This document shows, piece by piece, positions 1 to 11,527 of a DNA stretch of 64,000 nt (the first letter of the stretch is position 1; the number at the start of each line of letters is the position of its first letter). This DNA comes from a virus (Duplodnaviria; Caudoviricetes): the IMG/VR virus record IMGVR_UViG_3300031555_004891, one strand, 5' to 3'. The notes beneath the pieces are model-generated. The model was given only the letters and a program-made list of their open reading frames with translations, was not told the DNA's origin and did no database searches. The translations under genes were made by a program, and so were the position numbers.

Positions 1-1092
1 AAAGCAAACGGTGGCTTAGTCTTAGATTCTGATACAAAAGAATTTAGTCTAGGTAATAGCGGTGTAATAGCAGGAACTTATGAGCCTGACTCAACAAAAC
101 GAACACCACAGCCTGGTGGAATATTTACTGTACCTAGATTTGTTGTAGATAGTCATGGTAGAATTACAGAAGCTGGAACTGTTGATATAACTCTTCCTAT
201 AGATAATGACTCAAAAGCATCTTCTGGAGATACTTCTGAGAAAATATATCTCATAGGTACAGCTGAACGCTCAGAAAGTGGTCGAATAACTTACTCATAT
301 GAAAATGCTTATGTGCAAGATGGTTATGTTTACAGTGGTGGTAAAAAGGTTTTAACAGAAGAAACTACTTTAAGTAAGGGAACTGATTCTACTAGTACTG
401 ATGAGATCGGTCCTAGTGATTCATTTACTGCTGTTGAAAGTGTTGCTGTAGATAATCATAAAATAACTGAAACAAAAAAGACTTATACAATTAAGCCGGA
501 AACTCAATTAAGCAAAGGTACTGCAGCAGAAACAGATGGATCAACTTTAACTTTTGGTGGTGATTTAAGTGTTATGGATAACACAACTGTTTCTAATCAC
601 ATTATTACTGATCATAAAGTAAAATATAAATTACCTAGTGAAACAGCTATAAGTACTTCTGATGCTACTGGAACCGCAGAAACGCCTGCTCATGGTGATT
701 CTATTACTGTAGTCACAAATGTATCGAAAGGCACTGGTAGCCATAATATATCTGTTGAGAAAACTAGTATAACATTACCTACAGCACCAGGTGTCGCAGT
801 TTCTGATAGTACTGCTGGAACATAGACACCAAAACATGGTGGAACTTTTACAGCTATAAGTGAAATAACAGCTGATGGTCATGGTATAAAGAAAAAGACA
901 ACAACTTATACACTTCCAACAGAGACAACAGTAACTATTAGCACAGCTAAAGCTGGTACAGCTACAGAGTTAACTCATGGAAACACTTTTGAAGCTATAA
1001 CTGGAATAGAAGCATCTGGACATACTGTAACACCAATTGTTACTACTTTCACGCTCCCATCAGGTGTAGACGATGGTGAGTTAACAGAATAA
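1..1092 (+). CDS. Fibre protein, C-terminal part (5'-partial; 1 in-frame TAG)
   Basis: Frame is open from base 1 through TAG 823-825 to TAA 1090-1092. About six ~45-aa Thr-rich repeats (TPxHGxxF...H.I....TLP) continue across the TAG. Ends GVDDGELTE. Confidence 0.8.
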
Positions 1093-1121
1093 CTAAACAT
1101 AAAATTAAATAATTAAAATAA

Positions 1122-1164
1122 TAACCTCTAGATAATAAGCTAAATTATTTAGAGGTTACTTTTA
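1122..1164 (+). terminator. Hairpin/terminator overlapping a GCTAAATTA motif
   Basis: TAACCTCTAGATAAT...ATTATTTAGAGGTTA inverted repeat (one G-U pair) followed by a T run. Confidence 0.55.
1139..1148 (+). promoter_or_regulatory. Putative late promoter GCTAAATTAT
   Basis: The motif recurs in intergenic gaps ahead of operon-leading genes. Confidence 0.6.
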
Positions 1165-1176
1165 TGGGGGTATATT

Positions 1177-1788
1177 ATGAATAAAGCAGAAGCTGAAATA
1201 TTGGAAAATTATCTTAAAGATGCTAAGTATTGCGAAGCTTTAGACAATAAGAAATATGGTAGATTATTCTAGTTAACTGACGAAGAAGACTTGCATTTAC
1301 TTATTGAGCTTCTAGAAGCTGAGAATGAGGATATTCCAGAAGAATCTATTTCTGATTTATTTTCTGATTATAAAGATTTTATGTTAGACCGTAAATATAG
1401 CTGGGATGTATATTTTGATTTATTTATGGGTTTTCCTTATGAGCAGCAATATGATTTGAGAGATTATGATATTTCAAGAAATCTTTTAGATGATATAGCA
1501 AAAAGTCTGCACGAAGATAGAGTTTTCGATAATGTAATTAATCATGCTGATAACTCAGATATCCCATATATAATGTCTATTTCAGCTAGAATAGTTGAAA
1601 ACGATGATTTAATTATTTACTGCTATGTTATAAGCGAAACAGGCGAAGATTTAGTAGAATTAAAACGTGCTTTACCTACTTATAAATATTTCAAAGGTAT
1701 ACCATATGTAGGCTATGGTTATAATGAGTCAGCTATAAAGAAAATTATAGAAGCGGTGTTTACTAAAGTAGGAAGATATTTGGGGTAA
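1177..1788 (+). CDS. Hypothetical protein, 203 aa (1 TAG); paralog of the next gene
   Basis: ATG 1177 after GGGGG, TAG 1270-1272, in frame with ORF 1291..1788. Confidence 0.8.
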
Positions 1789-1792
1789 TCTT

Positions 1793-2431
1793 ATGCAATT
1801 AACTGATAAACAAAAAGAAGTATTAAATAGATACCTCACAAAAGATGATTGGGTAAAAGCTTTAGATAGCAGAGATTATTCTGAGTTATTAAAATTAACA
1901 GCTACATATCATATAAATCTAGTAGCTTAGATGCTAGAAGAGCTAGAGTCACCAATACCTAGAGATGAGATAAGAAAATTATTTGTTGGCTTTACTGGGG
2001 TACATTTTGAGCCAGAATATGATAATATTGAGTATGCTGATATTTTAGTAGATGATACTAAGAGAAGAATTAAAGTTAAAATTCCTAAAGCAAAGCTAGA
2101 GAAAAATATTGATAAGTTAGTTAGAAGAAATATAATTGCTTATTATTCTTTTGCGTATGAAGATTCTCTAGATTATGTTGAAAATAAATATTTAGATGAT
2201 ATATGCACTGTTGTTAGTTATGTTTATGTAACAATAGGTGGTGATCTAGAATTTCATTTCGATTTAATAGATTCTAATGGTATAACACATGCTACTTTGC
2301 AAGATGAACATCCAGCAGCACCTTTCTTTATTGGTGTAAATGGAATTGGCTACGCTACAAACTTAGATGAAATAGTAAAATATGCGGAAAAGCTTTTTAA
2401 AGATTGTTTAAAAGTACTTTTGGAGGATTAA
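1793..2431 (+). CDS. Hypothetical protein, 212 aa (1 TAG); paralog of 1177..1788
   Basis: ATG 1793, TAG 1928-1930, joins ORF 1931..2431. Similar N- and C-termini to the upstream gene. Confidence 0.8.
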
Positions 2432-2432
2432 T

Positions 2433-4652
2433 ATGGTTGATATAATTAAAGCTGTTAAAGAAAAATTTAATGCTTCTAATTATCCAGTATCAGGACCTAC
2501 ATATATTCTTCCCGATGGATCATTTTTAGATATAGCTGGAACTTTTGATCCTAAAAATAGTTTTGAAGATTTTCCATGTCATGCTGAAGTAGAAGGTTTT
2601 CTTTTAGATATTGGCTTATCTAATCAAGTAGTAGATGTATCAGGTAGCCCTACTTTAGAAAGCTTAGGTGCTATAAGATGTAATGACTTAGCGGATAATA
2701 ATTTTGTTCAATTAAGCAATATAAGACCCACTTCTGATTAGTATGAAAGTTTGGAAAATTGGATATATGAAAATGCTACGCATAGAAGCGAGCTTATAGT
2801 AGCTACACCTGAATTTATTCAATATAAAAAATATGATCCAGAAGATGTTGAGTACATTATCAAAAGAATAAAAAGATACTATACATCAGGTACTTTATAT
2901 GAGAGTAAATGTAGCATATCTTATAAAGATATTTCAGACCTCGATCGCTATAAAAAATCTGCAAATGAGATTCTTGGCGGTTGGGGTAGCCAATCTGATA
3001 ATGGAATATTAGATAATACTAAAGAAATATATGTAGATGATAAATTAGTTGGTTACATAAGTTTCGAAGAATTTGATGATATCGAGGGTTATAATAAAGC
3101 ATTAGGTTTCGGCAACTTTATGATTTTAGATAGAGGTAAAGGTTACGGAACATAGGTTTTAAAAGATTTAATCCAAAGATATAGAGATACTTTTGATCTT
3201 ATTTATTGTTTTGTAAATTCTGATAATTATGATGCTATAAAACTTTATAAAAAATTAGGTAAAGTGTATGATGAAGATGGGCCTAATGATGATAATCAAT
3301 ATTATGTAACTTTTTGGGATAATAAATATATGTCAATTAATGAAAATGTGTCAATAAAAGAAGCTAAAAAGAAAAAGAAGAAGAAAAAAGCTTTAGGCTG
3401 GTGGCAAACTTTTACACCTGATGCTGGTAATGTACTGTTTAATAATGCGTTTTTCAATCATGCAATGGGAAACACAACAACAGATGAGTTTGTTGCAGAG
3501 GCTGGCGAAGCTTTAGCTGGTGATTGTGGCGCTGGTTTAGGTGAGTCCTTACAAAAAGAAACATATTTTAGAGTAGAAGTTTTCCATGATGGTAAACATA
3601 TAGGTGGATTATTTAGAGGCTTAAATGATCTAATAAATGATTTGTACGAAGCAGATGACCCATATTATGATTACTTAAATGATCCATTAAGCGAGTTAGA
3701 ATATAAAACAACATTTCCAAAAAATTTCGATAATAAAGATGCTATCTTCGCATATAAAGAAGATAAGTATGAAGAATTAGAAGAAACAATTTTAGATTTA
3801 CAATACGCATTAAATGAAATTGGTTGGGATATAAAAATTAAAGAAATATCTAGACCAAAAAATATTGTATATGAAGATAATGAGCAGATAGCTTATATTC
3901 TTGAAAATATAGATGAAAAAGATAAGGTAACAGAAAATATGCATAAAGAAGTATTTAGATTTTATGGAAAAGATAAGCAAGGTGATGATATAGAATATAA
4001 AATCGATGGCGTATCTTTTACAGATGCTATTGAGGTATTTATTAGAATGTATCCTGATGTAGAGGATTGGGATGTAGAAACTTTAAAAGAAGATGTTGAT
4101 TTTAATAATGTGCAATGGGGTGTACATCAATTCTCTACTGAGTCTATTATATTTAGAGGCACTCAAGAAGAATGTCAAAGATATATCGATGATAGACCAG
4201 AATTATGGGATGATGCAGAAGTTTATTTTATGACACCAGATGATCCACATTATATTAAATCAGAAGAAAAACAACCTTTGATAGAAGCTGGAGAAGAAAA
4301 AGTCTATCAAGTAATTGTTAAATATAAAGATGAGCCAGCTCAAAAGTTAGAAGCTAGAATCGCAAAAAACAGAAAAGATCTTGAGTATCAATTAAGTACA
4401 GACCCAGACGTAGAATGGTATGATTTTGATGAGAAGCAATTTAACGAAGATAAAGATGAAAAACAAATTTGTTGCATCTGTGGAAAAGAATATGATGGTT
4501 ATGGAAATAATGCTGAACCTGTAAAGGCTGGTAGATGCTGCGATGATTGCAACATTAATCAAGTAATTCCTGCTAGATTATTAAAGATAAATGTTTCTGA
4601 AAATAAGTCAATGACAGAAATTTTCCAAAATCTAAGCAAAATTAAAAAATAA
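2433..4652 (+). CDS. Acidic multi-domain protein, 739 aa (2 TAG), with a GNAT acetyltransferase domain and a C-terminal Cys-rich Zn finger; putative head-cargo polyprotein
   Basis: Three same-frame ORFs joined at TAG 2739 and 3153. GNAT motifs RGKGYGT(Q)VL and N.DAIKLYKKLG. CCICGK...GRCCDDCN near the C-terminus. Confidence 0.8.
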
Positions 4653-4665
4653 CTGAGAGGTTAAC

Positions 4666-6846
4666 ATGAGCGAAAAATATATAGAAAAAGAATTAAACGA
4701 GGCTTGGGATCCTAAAGAAATAGCAAAGCAAGATGCAGAGTTTGCATGGGAAACTGGTCATCCTATGGATCCAGCAGAATGGGAGAATGATGATAAGAAA
4801 AACATCATGACCGAATATGATTTCACAGAAGAGCAAGCAGAAGCATACAAAAATTTCTATTGGGATTATTATTATATCTGTATGGCTGGCGATCCATATA
4901 ACGACGATGATGACTTAGATGAAAACTTAACCGAAACAAAAGCAACAGGCGCTAGAGGTCGTTATCAAGTAGAAGTATTTGATGAAGGGGATTGGCACAA
5001 GTTAAATTGTTGGTCAACAATCGAAAAAGCTACTAAAGCTGGTGAAGCTGCTGTAGAAGCTGTTTATCAAGATTATAGAATCATTGATAAAGAAACTAAT
5101 AACGAAGTTGAGCTCCAAGAGAAATTACATAAACCTACTATAGATACTTTAACAGATGATTTAAGAGAGTTAGCTAAAAAAGCTGATGCTGAGATTACTA
5201 GATCAGGTATCGAATGTATGGTCGCTGCTAAAGATGGTTATGTTATTGCTATCCAAGCAGTTGATCCTACTAAAATGAAACAGGTAGATGAAATTGTAAC
5301 AAAAGTAGCAGAAGACTTTGATTTTGTTCCTGATATTGAAAGAAAAGAAAAACCTAACGGCACTGTACATCTTTATAGATTTAAGAAAGTACAAAAACTC
5401 GCTATTAAAGAGAATGTTATCGAAGAAGAATCTGATGGCGATATCCCTTATACAAAAGAAGAAGTAGAAGCTGAATTAAAACGCGAAACTAATAATTGGG
5501 AAACTAAAGAAGATACTATTAGATATGGCTTCCAAAGTGAAAAAGATTTTGCTATGGAAATACTTTCTCAGCACTACGAATGTGAGTATAAAGGAAAAGA
5601 AGGTAGCGATTATGTTATCCACTTCTGGAAGGAAGATCTAACAGAGACCTTCGATGATGAAGATTATGATGAAGATGAAGATTATGATGATTCCTATTAT
5701 GAAGATTGGTATGAGGTCGGATTTGTTCTTGGTGAGGAAAATGATTCTTATGAATTTTTGTATGAATTCATAGATAGTGCTCCCACAGAAGACAGTGCAA
5801 TAGAAATTGCGAAAAAAGCTAGAGATAGTTCAGATTGGGAAAGTTATTCAGAATATGATATTGTTGTAATCCATGTAGAAGATTTTGGTGATGGCCCTAA
5901 CATATATAATGGAGTGCATCAAGATGCATCCGATGGTGAAGTATATAGAATACCTGGAAAAGAATTGGATGAATCCATCGACACAGCAAGAACTAAAGCA
6001 CAAAAATTAAGAAAGAACTCAGATACAGTGACAGAAGGCGTCTTTAATAGATTATTAGGTAGAAATATTGGCATCTTCAATAAACATAGTGGTGAAGGCC
6101 CAAAATACGCAATACTTGATCCAAAGAAAGAAAACGAGTTTATTGAAAAGATAAAACATATAGATCCAAAGAATTGGGAAGTTTGCGAATACATCGAAAA
6201 GAATGGTAAAGTTATTAAAGGTAACCCTGTAGACAAATATAACAAAATTATGACTGATTATCAAGCTGGCATTAAGAAACAACTTGATGATATAAATGCA
6301 AAGAAAGCTCAACAAGCAAAAGATGCTGAAGAGCAAAGAAAGCAAGAATTAAAGAAACAACCGCACTTCTCAATTGATCCAAAAACAGGTGCAAAGAAAT
6401 ATAGAGATTTGGTTGATGAAGAAGATGCAATAGATGCTCAAATAAATGAAGATGCTGCGGATATAGAAAAACCAAAGTATGAAGTAGGCTCTGAAAAAGT
6501 GTTCGCAGAAGATTCTGAAGAATATGCTCAACTACAAAAAGCAGCAGATAAATTGACTGATTTGAGCGTTAAAAATTATAAATATTTTGTTGGCAACACT
6601 TATTTAGATTTCGGTTCAGGTTGGCAATGGACAACCATTCTCGCTAAAAAGCCTAATGAAGTAGAATTTCAGGTATTAAGTCCATTATCGTGGAGAAATA
6701 TTTTAAATGCTCAATCAGAAGAAGAGCTGGATGCTGCTATCGATCAATTAAGATCTGATGAGTACTTCCATGATAAAATCGAAACACCTAATGCTAGCTC
6801 AAGCGAAAGAGATATTTTCAATTATCTAAACTCAATAGAAGATTAA
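4666..6846 (+). CDS. Acidic multi-domain protein, 726 aa; putative head-cargo polyprotein
   Basis: TAG-free ORF with SD GAGAGG. Short modules separated by LNE/LDE/LTE/LQE/VTE/INE motifs. Confidence 0.8.
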   Translation: MSEKYIEKELNEAWDPKEIAKQDAEFAWETGHPMDPAEWENDDKKNIMTEYDFTEEQAEAYKNFYWDYYYICMAGDPYNDDDDLDENLTETKATGARGRYQVEVFDEGDWHKLNCWSTIEKATKAGEAAVEAVYQDYRIIDKETNNEVELQEKLHKPTIDTLTDDLRELAKKADAEITRSGIECMVAAKDGYVIAIQAVDPTKMKQVDEIVTKVAEDFDFVPDIERKEKPNGTVHLYRFKKVQKLAIKENVIEEESDGDIPYTKEEVEAELKRETNNWETKEDTIRYGFQSEKDFAMEILSQHYECEYKGKEGSDYVIHFWKEDLTETFDDEDYDEDEDYDDSYYEDWYEVGFVLGEENDSYEFLYEFIDSAPTEDSAIEIAKKARDSSDWESYSEYDIVVIHVEDFGDGPNIYNGVHQDASDGEVYRIPGKELDESIDTARTKAQKLRKNSDTVTEGVFNRLLGRNIGIFNKHSGEGPKYAILDPKKENEFIEKIKHIDPKNWEVCEYIEKNGKVIKGNPVDKYNKIMTDYQAGIKKQLDDINAKKAQQAKDAEEQRKQELKKQPHFSIDPKTGAKKYRDLVDEEDAIDAQINEDAADIEKPKYEVGSEKVFAEDSEEYAQLQKAADKLTDLSVKNYKYFVGNTYLDFGSGWQWTTILAKKPNEVEFQVLSPLSWRNILNAQSEEELDAAIDQLRSDEYFHDKIETPNASSSERDIFNYLNSIED

Positions 6847-6888
6847 AACTAAATTTTTATTCTTTACTTAATAATTTTATGCTCTAAG

Positions 6889-6898
6889 GCTAAATTAT
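6889..6898 (+). promoter_or_regulatory. Putative late promoter GCTAAATTAT
   Basis: Exact motif copy in an intergenic gap. Confidence 0.55.
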
Positions 6899-6922
6899 AG
6901 TGTAAAGAAGATTCTCGATAAG

Positions 6923-6955
6923 AAAAGCGTATCTTACTTTACGGATACGCTTTTT
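6923..6955 (+). terminator. Intrinsic terminator-like hairpin
   Basis: AAAAGCGTATC / GATACGCTTTT stem with a T tract. Confidence 0.7.
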
Positions 6956-6975
6956 GCTTTATTATTGGAGTATTT

Positions 6976-9219
6976 ATGAAAGGTATAATAAATGAAGCTC
7001 TTAGCCCTCAAAAGCTTATTACAGGTGACAGATACTTACAGTTTTTTGATGGTAAAGCTGCTAACATATATGCAGATAAAGAAGATAAAATTAAATATGC
7101 TTGCAAATTATTAAACATAAAAAACATATCAGATATTCTAGTGTATTCTGTTGCTGATCCTGCTATGTATTCTCAGATAAGATTATATTTGAGTAAGGTG
7201 CAATCATCAGCAAACTTAGCAACTGTTGTGAAAAAGATTTTTAAGCAAGCAGTATCTATGAAATTTAAGGAAGTGGATTTAAGCAAACAAACAAAGAATG
7301 CTAAAGGAAAAGCTATGCTATGTCCAGCTTTTAATTGTGTTGTTTTTCAAGATATGTTTGCTTTCAAAGATAGAGGATCTTTTACAAAATTTAGTGAATT
7401 TTTAGAAAGTAAATCTGTAAATACATCTACAATAGAAACTGATACAGTTTCTGATACAGCAGATACATCTGTAACTAGAGAAGAACGGGATGATTACGGA
7501 AATTTGAAAAAAGTAATCCACATTGAAAAAACTGATGCTGGAAAATATTACGCTAAAGTTGCATAGATACCTGAAATTTCAAAACAAAGATTCGAATCAC
7601 CAAAAGATGCTGAAAGTTATGCTAGAAAAGTTCTTGATAAGAATGGTTATAAATCTAAAGAATTTGCAGTAGATGGATCTTTTACAGCTGAAAAGAAAAC
7701 AAATAGAAGTGTATCAGTAGATGGATCTGGAAATGTAACAGCATTTAATTTTAGTGTTACAAATGCTGATGGTGAAACTGAAACAATATCAGAAGATCCT
7801 AAAAATCTTGCTTTCATTATTGGTGGTAAGGTTTATGGATATAACAAATATAAAGGTATGAACGCTAAACAGAAGAAGCAAGCTATCATAATTAAGAGAT
7901 CTGGATTAGTTGGCTAGACTATTATAGAAAGTTTGCAAGATTTTGCTGATTTGGAAACCTATTTACCTGACTATATAGATATTATAGAAAATGGTGAGAA
8001 GTATATAATAAATAATAAAGAAACAAACGAAAAAGTTTCTGTTAACATATCTGGTAACGATAATGAAGATTGTCGCGAAATTATTTATTCTCTATATAAA
8101 ATAACTGGAGGAAAATTAGATTTGAAAAACTTTATTGACGAATTAAATGAGTGTGGAAATGAAAAAATTCTTGAAGCTAGTGATTCTAGTATCTCTGAGG
8201 TTAGCTTTATGACTGTACAGGATTTATTATCTGACATGATTGGAAATGTTCCAGAAAAGCAACTAGATGATGAGATGAAAAAATTTAAGAAATTTGCTAG
8301 AATACTGCATGTTAAAGATTTTGGTGATGTTTTAGTTATGGTAGATGAAGGTGAGAGAGATCCTTCTGAATTATTCCCTGATGGTAGATATCACGTAGTA
8401 AATGAAGAAACTGGTGAGCATGAAATCTATTTTGATGAGCAAGGTATCGTCGCAGAATATACAAATGGTTTAATTTACATTTATTTTGCTAGCGAAGATA
8501 TTATGAATAAATTTATTAAAGCATCTGATGAATTTTTAAGATCATTTGAAATCGAAGAAAATCCTTTTGTAGAAGAAATTTTAGAATTCGGTGATGTTAT
8601 GTCTATAGAAGAATGCTTAAACATTTTAGATAAGAATTCTAACAATAAATTTGATCTTCTTAATTGCTATTTAAGTGAGCATTTCACTACTGATGAAAAA
8701 TGCAAAATAGCTGAAATGATTAAAGAAGGTTACTCAAAGGATTCTTTACAAAAATATCTCAAAGAAAAAATTGTAGATAAAGATTTTGTTTTAACCGAAG
8801 ATCAGGATGAAGAAGAAATTTCAGAAGATGATATGACTATCGAACAACTTCTTTTTGCTATGGTAGAAGATCAAGGTCAAGAATACGGCTCAGTATCTAT
8901 ATATGATAAAATGTCTCTAGATAAAGCTGTAGATTGGTTAACAACTCGCGGCTATGATTATGATATACAGCAAATAGAAGAAGATGGTTGGGAGTTATTC
9001 TGGGAAAAGAAACCTGATGCTTCTGAATATGGTTCTTCAAGTGATTCTATAAATAAAACAGTTGCTCAAAATATATTAAAATCTTTAAGAGATGTTCAAG
9101 AAATGCTTCATGATATTATGACTGAATCATCAGCAACAAAATCAGCTGCTGATTATGATCAAGATATTCAAGAAAAGCTTCAAGCAGCTTTAGATGAAGC
9201 TAAGAAATTTGATTATTAA
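6976..9219 (+). CDS. Multi-domain protein, 747 aa (2 TAG); putative head-cargo polyprotein
   Basis: ORFs 6976 and 7933 are in frame, joined through TAG 7564 and 7915. Starts MKGIINEA. Confidence 0.8.
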
Positions 9220-9234
9220 TTGGAGGCTTAGAAA

Positions 9235-10077
9235 ATGTTATTGAATGAAAATCTATTTAAAGAATGGGTTGATGATGGGTTTGATTGGGAACAAGTAGCA
9301 TCTAAACAACTAGAAGATTCAGATGGATTCATGACTGACTACACCTGGTACAAAAGAATTCTTCCTTCAAGTGAAGAACAACATATATTTATCTTCGGTG
9401 ACTCTGACTTATATGGTCCAGATGATTCTCACGCTGATGCCGAATTTGATTCATATAAAGCAGCTGAAGATTGGTTTAATAGCTATAATGGATTCGCAGA
9501 TGATTTAGATGAATCTGTAAATAAGAACGAAAAAAGTCAATATGTTTCTGGAAGATATGTTTATTTTAAATATAAGCAAGTAGAAGGTATGACTGCTGAG
9601 CAATTAGCTAAATCTATAGAAAAAGCTTATAGAGAAAAATTTAGAGATGAGATAAAAGTTACTCACATCGAAAAGCATTCTTATGATTTCTCAAATAAAG
9701 AAATTCCTTATATTGTTTCAGCTGATGGCGTTTATGATGGTGAAGAAAAAATAAGAGGTTTCTGGGCTGTAATTAATTGCAACGAAGAAGAAGGAAAAAA
9801 TCTTCCAGAAGATACTATTATTGAGTGTTTAAAAGAAGGCGCTGTCAAAGATATAGCTCTTGAAATTGAAGAAGCTGGTGGTAAAGATATTTGGCTAGCT
9901 GAAATGAAAAGAAAAATTGAAGATTGCAAAGATATGCTAAAGTATCTCAAAGAAACTGCACCTAGAGAAATTAATAGGGGTGGTGCTTATGATTCTTATG
10001 CAGATATCCAGGAAGCGATAGATGAAATTACTGCAGCTCTTGACGAATTAGAAGCAAAATATTCTATTGCTGCATAA
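9235..10077 (+). CDS. Acidic three-module protein, 280 aa; putative head cargo
   Basis: SD GGAGG. Starts MLLNENLFKE. Internal LDES and LKEG boundaries. Confidence 0.8.
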   Translation: MLLNENLFKEWVDDGFDWEQVASKQLEDSDGFMTDYTWYKRILPSSEEQHIFIFGDSDLYGPDDSHADAEFDSYKAAEDWFNSYNGFADDLDESVNKNEKSQYVSGRYVYFKYKQVEGMTAEQLAKSIEKAYREKFRDEIKVTHIEKHSYDFSNKEIPYIVSADGVYDGEEKIRGFWAVINCNEEEGKNLPEDTIIECLKEGAVKDIALEIEEAGGKDIWLAEMKRKIEDCKDMLKYLKETAPREINRGGAYDSYADIQEAIDEITAALDELEAKYSIAA

Positions 10078-10120
10078 GATATAAAAATTTTTATTTAGTG
10101 TTGTGTTACTTTTTATAACT

Positions 10121-10130
10121 GCTAAATTAT
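10121..10130 (+). promoter_or_regulatory. Putative late promoter GCTAAATTAT
   Basis: Exact motif copy about 50 nt upstream of ATG 10179. Confidence 0.65.
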
Positions 10131-10178
10131 TTAGATACAAAGTAAGTACCTAACAACATTAATGGGAGTGTAAAAATT

Positions 10179-11516
10179 ATGAAATTAAAGAAATATAAAT
10201 CAATGCATGAAGCTGTTGAGGTTAGTGATATTGATTATAGCACTATGGATCATGTCATGGCTGGTGCTTATAGAGAATCTGAAGAACTCAAGAAAAGAGC
10301 AGAAAAAGCTATGGAAGATAGAAAGCTTGAGATGCCTAACGAAGATATAGAAGCTCACAAAGATATTAAATCAGATGACATGAAAAAAATGCATTTATGC
10401 GAATCTTTCTTTGAAGAATTTATTTCCGATGAAGACCTTACAGAAGCTACAATAACTGAAGCTGCTTATACAGATGAGCATATACAATACATAGAAGATT
10501 CTTATAAAGCTGTTTGTAAATATTATACATCTGTAGAAGCTGTAGTAGACGCTTTTAGATCAGAAGCTGAGCTTATGGATGCTTCAGAAGTTATTGATGA
10601 TATTGCTATAACTCTTCGCGAAAAAATAGAATCAGTTTCAGAAAGTAAAAAAGAAGATTCTGAAGGTGAGCTTTTAACTGAGTATAAAAGACAGGAAGGA
10701 TCTAAATTAGTTTATAAACAAAAGAGAGATTCTTTAGCAGAAATTATTCAAGTAGAATTAACAGAAGGCGAATGGGGTTATGTAGAAAACCCCGATGGTT
10801 CAACATCACCTACCCGATTACCTTCTGCTAACTATTTAGATGACAAAATTGGCGTAGTCTTTGGAAGAGATGATTCTTGCTCAATTAGAATTTGGGCTAA
10901 AGATGAAGAAGCATTACAACCAGCTGTAGACATTGCTAAAAAATATGGAAAAGATTATAAAGTTGGTTCTGATAAATATGTTCAATCAGAAGATAAATTC
11001 TATTGCGATATCTTTTTGACAGAAGAAGATTGGGAAGGTCATTATTTTGATCCAAATGTTCCAGTAGCTAAGTCTGAAAAGCCTTCAAAGAAAAAAGTAG
11101 AAGAGCTTGAAGAAGATATTAAGGAAGATAATACAGATATCGAGACTAAAGAGGAATGTATCCATCCCAGCGAAGAAATTGAGGAATCTATCGAAGATGT
11201 CGAAAAGGAAATTCTTACAGAAGCTAGAATTTCAACAGAAGGCCTAAGAAATTTCAGACCCTGGGATGGTGCAGTAAATACTTATCAAAGAATAGTAGAA
11301 GCTAAGAAATTAGATACTTTAGAATTTATGCTTGAAGATATGTATCCAAACGGGGTTGGTGCTAATGAGTTAAATGACATGCTTCAATTCGAATCTGATT
11401 GGATTTTAGAATCTTTAGGTTTAATTGAAAAAACTGATGATTCTGATGATGATATTTATGAAACAGTAATTGGCCCAGATGGTAATCCAATGAAAAAGCT
11501 TAAAGAAACAATTTAA
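10179..11516 (+). CDS. Acidic multi-domain protein, 445 aa; putative head cargo
   Basis: SD GGGAG. Many LTE/ITE/IEE motifs flanking compact modules. Confidence 0.8.
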   Translation: MKLKKYKSMHEAVEVSDIDYSTMDHVMAGAYRESEELKKRAEKAMEDRKLEMPNEDIEAHKDIKSDDMKKMHLCESFFEEFISDEDLTEATITEAAYTDEHIQYIEDSYKAVCKYYTSVEAVVDAFRSEAELMDASEVIDDIAITLREKIESVSESKKEDSEGELLTEYKRQEGSKLVYKQKRDSLAEIIQVELTEGEWGYVENPDGSTSPTRLPSANYLDDKIGVVFGRDDSCSIRIWAKDEEALQPAVDIAKKYGKDYKVGSDKYVQSEDKFYCDIFLTEEDWEGHYFDPNVPVAKSEKPSKKKVEELEEDIKEDNTDIETKEECIHPSEEIEESIEDVEKEILTEARISTEGLRNFRPWDGAVNTYQRIVEAKKLDTLEFMLEDMYPNGVGANELNDMLQFESDWILESLGLIEKTDDSDDDIYETVIGPDGNPMKKLKETI

Positions 11517-11527
11517 GCTGGAGGTAC

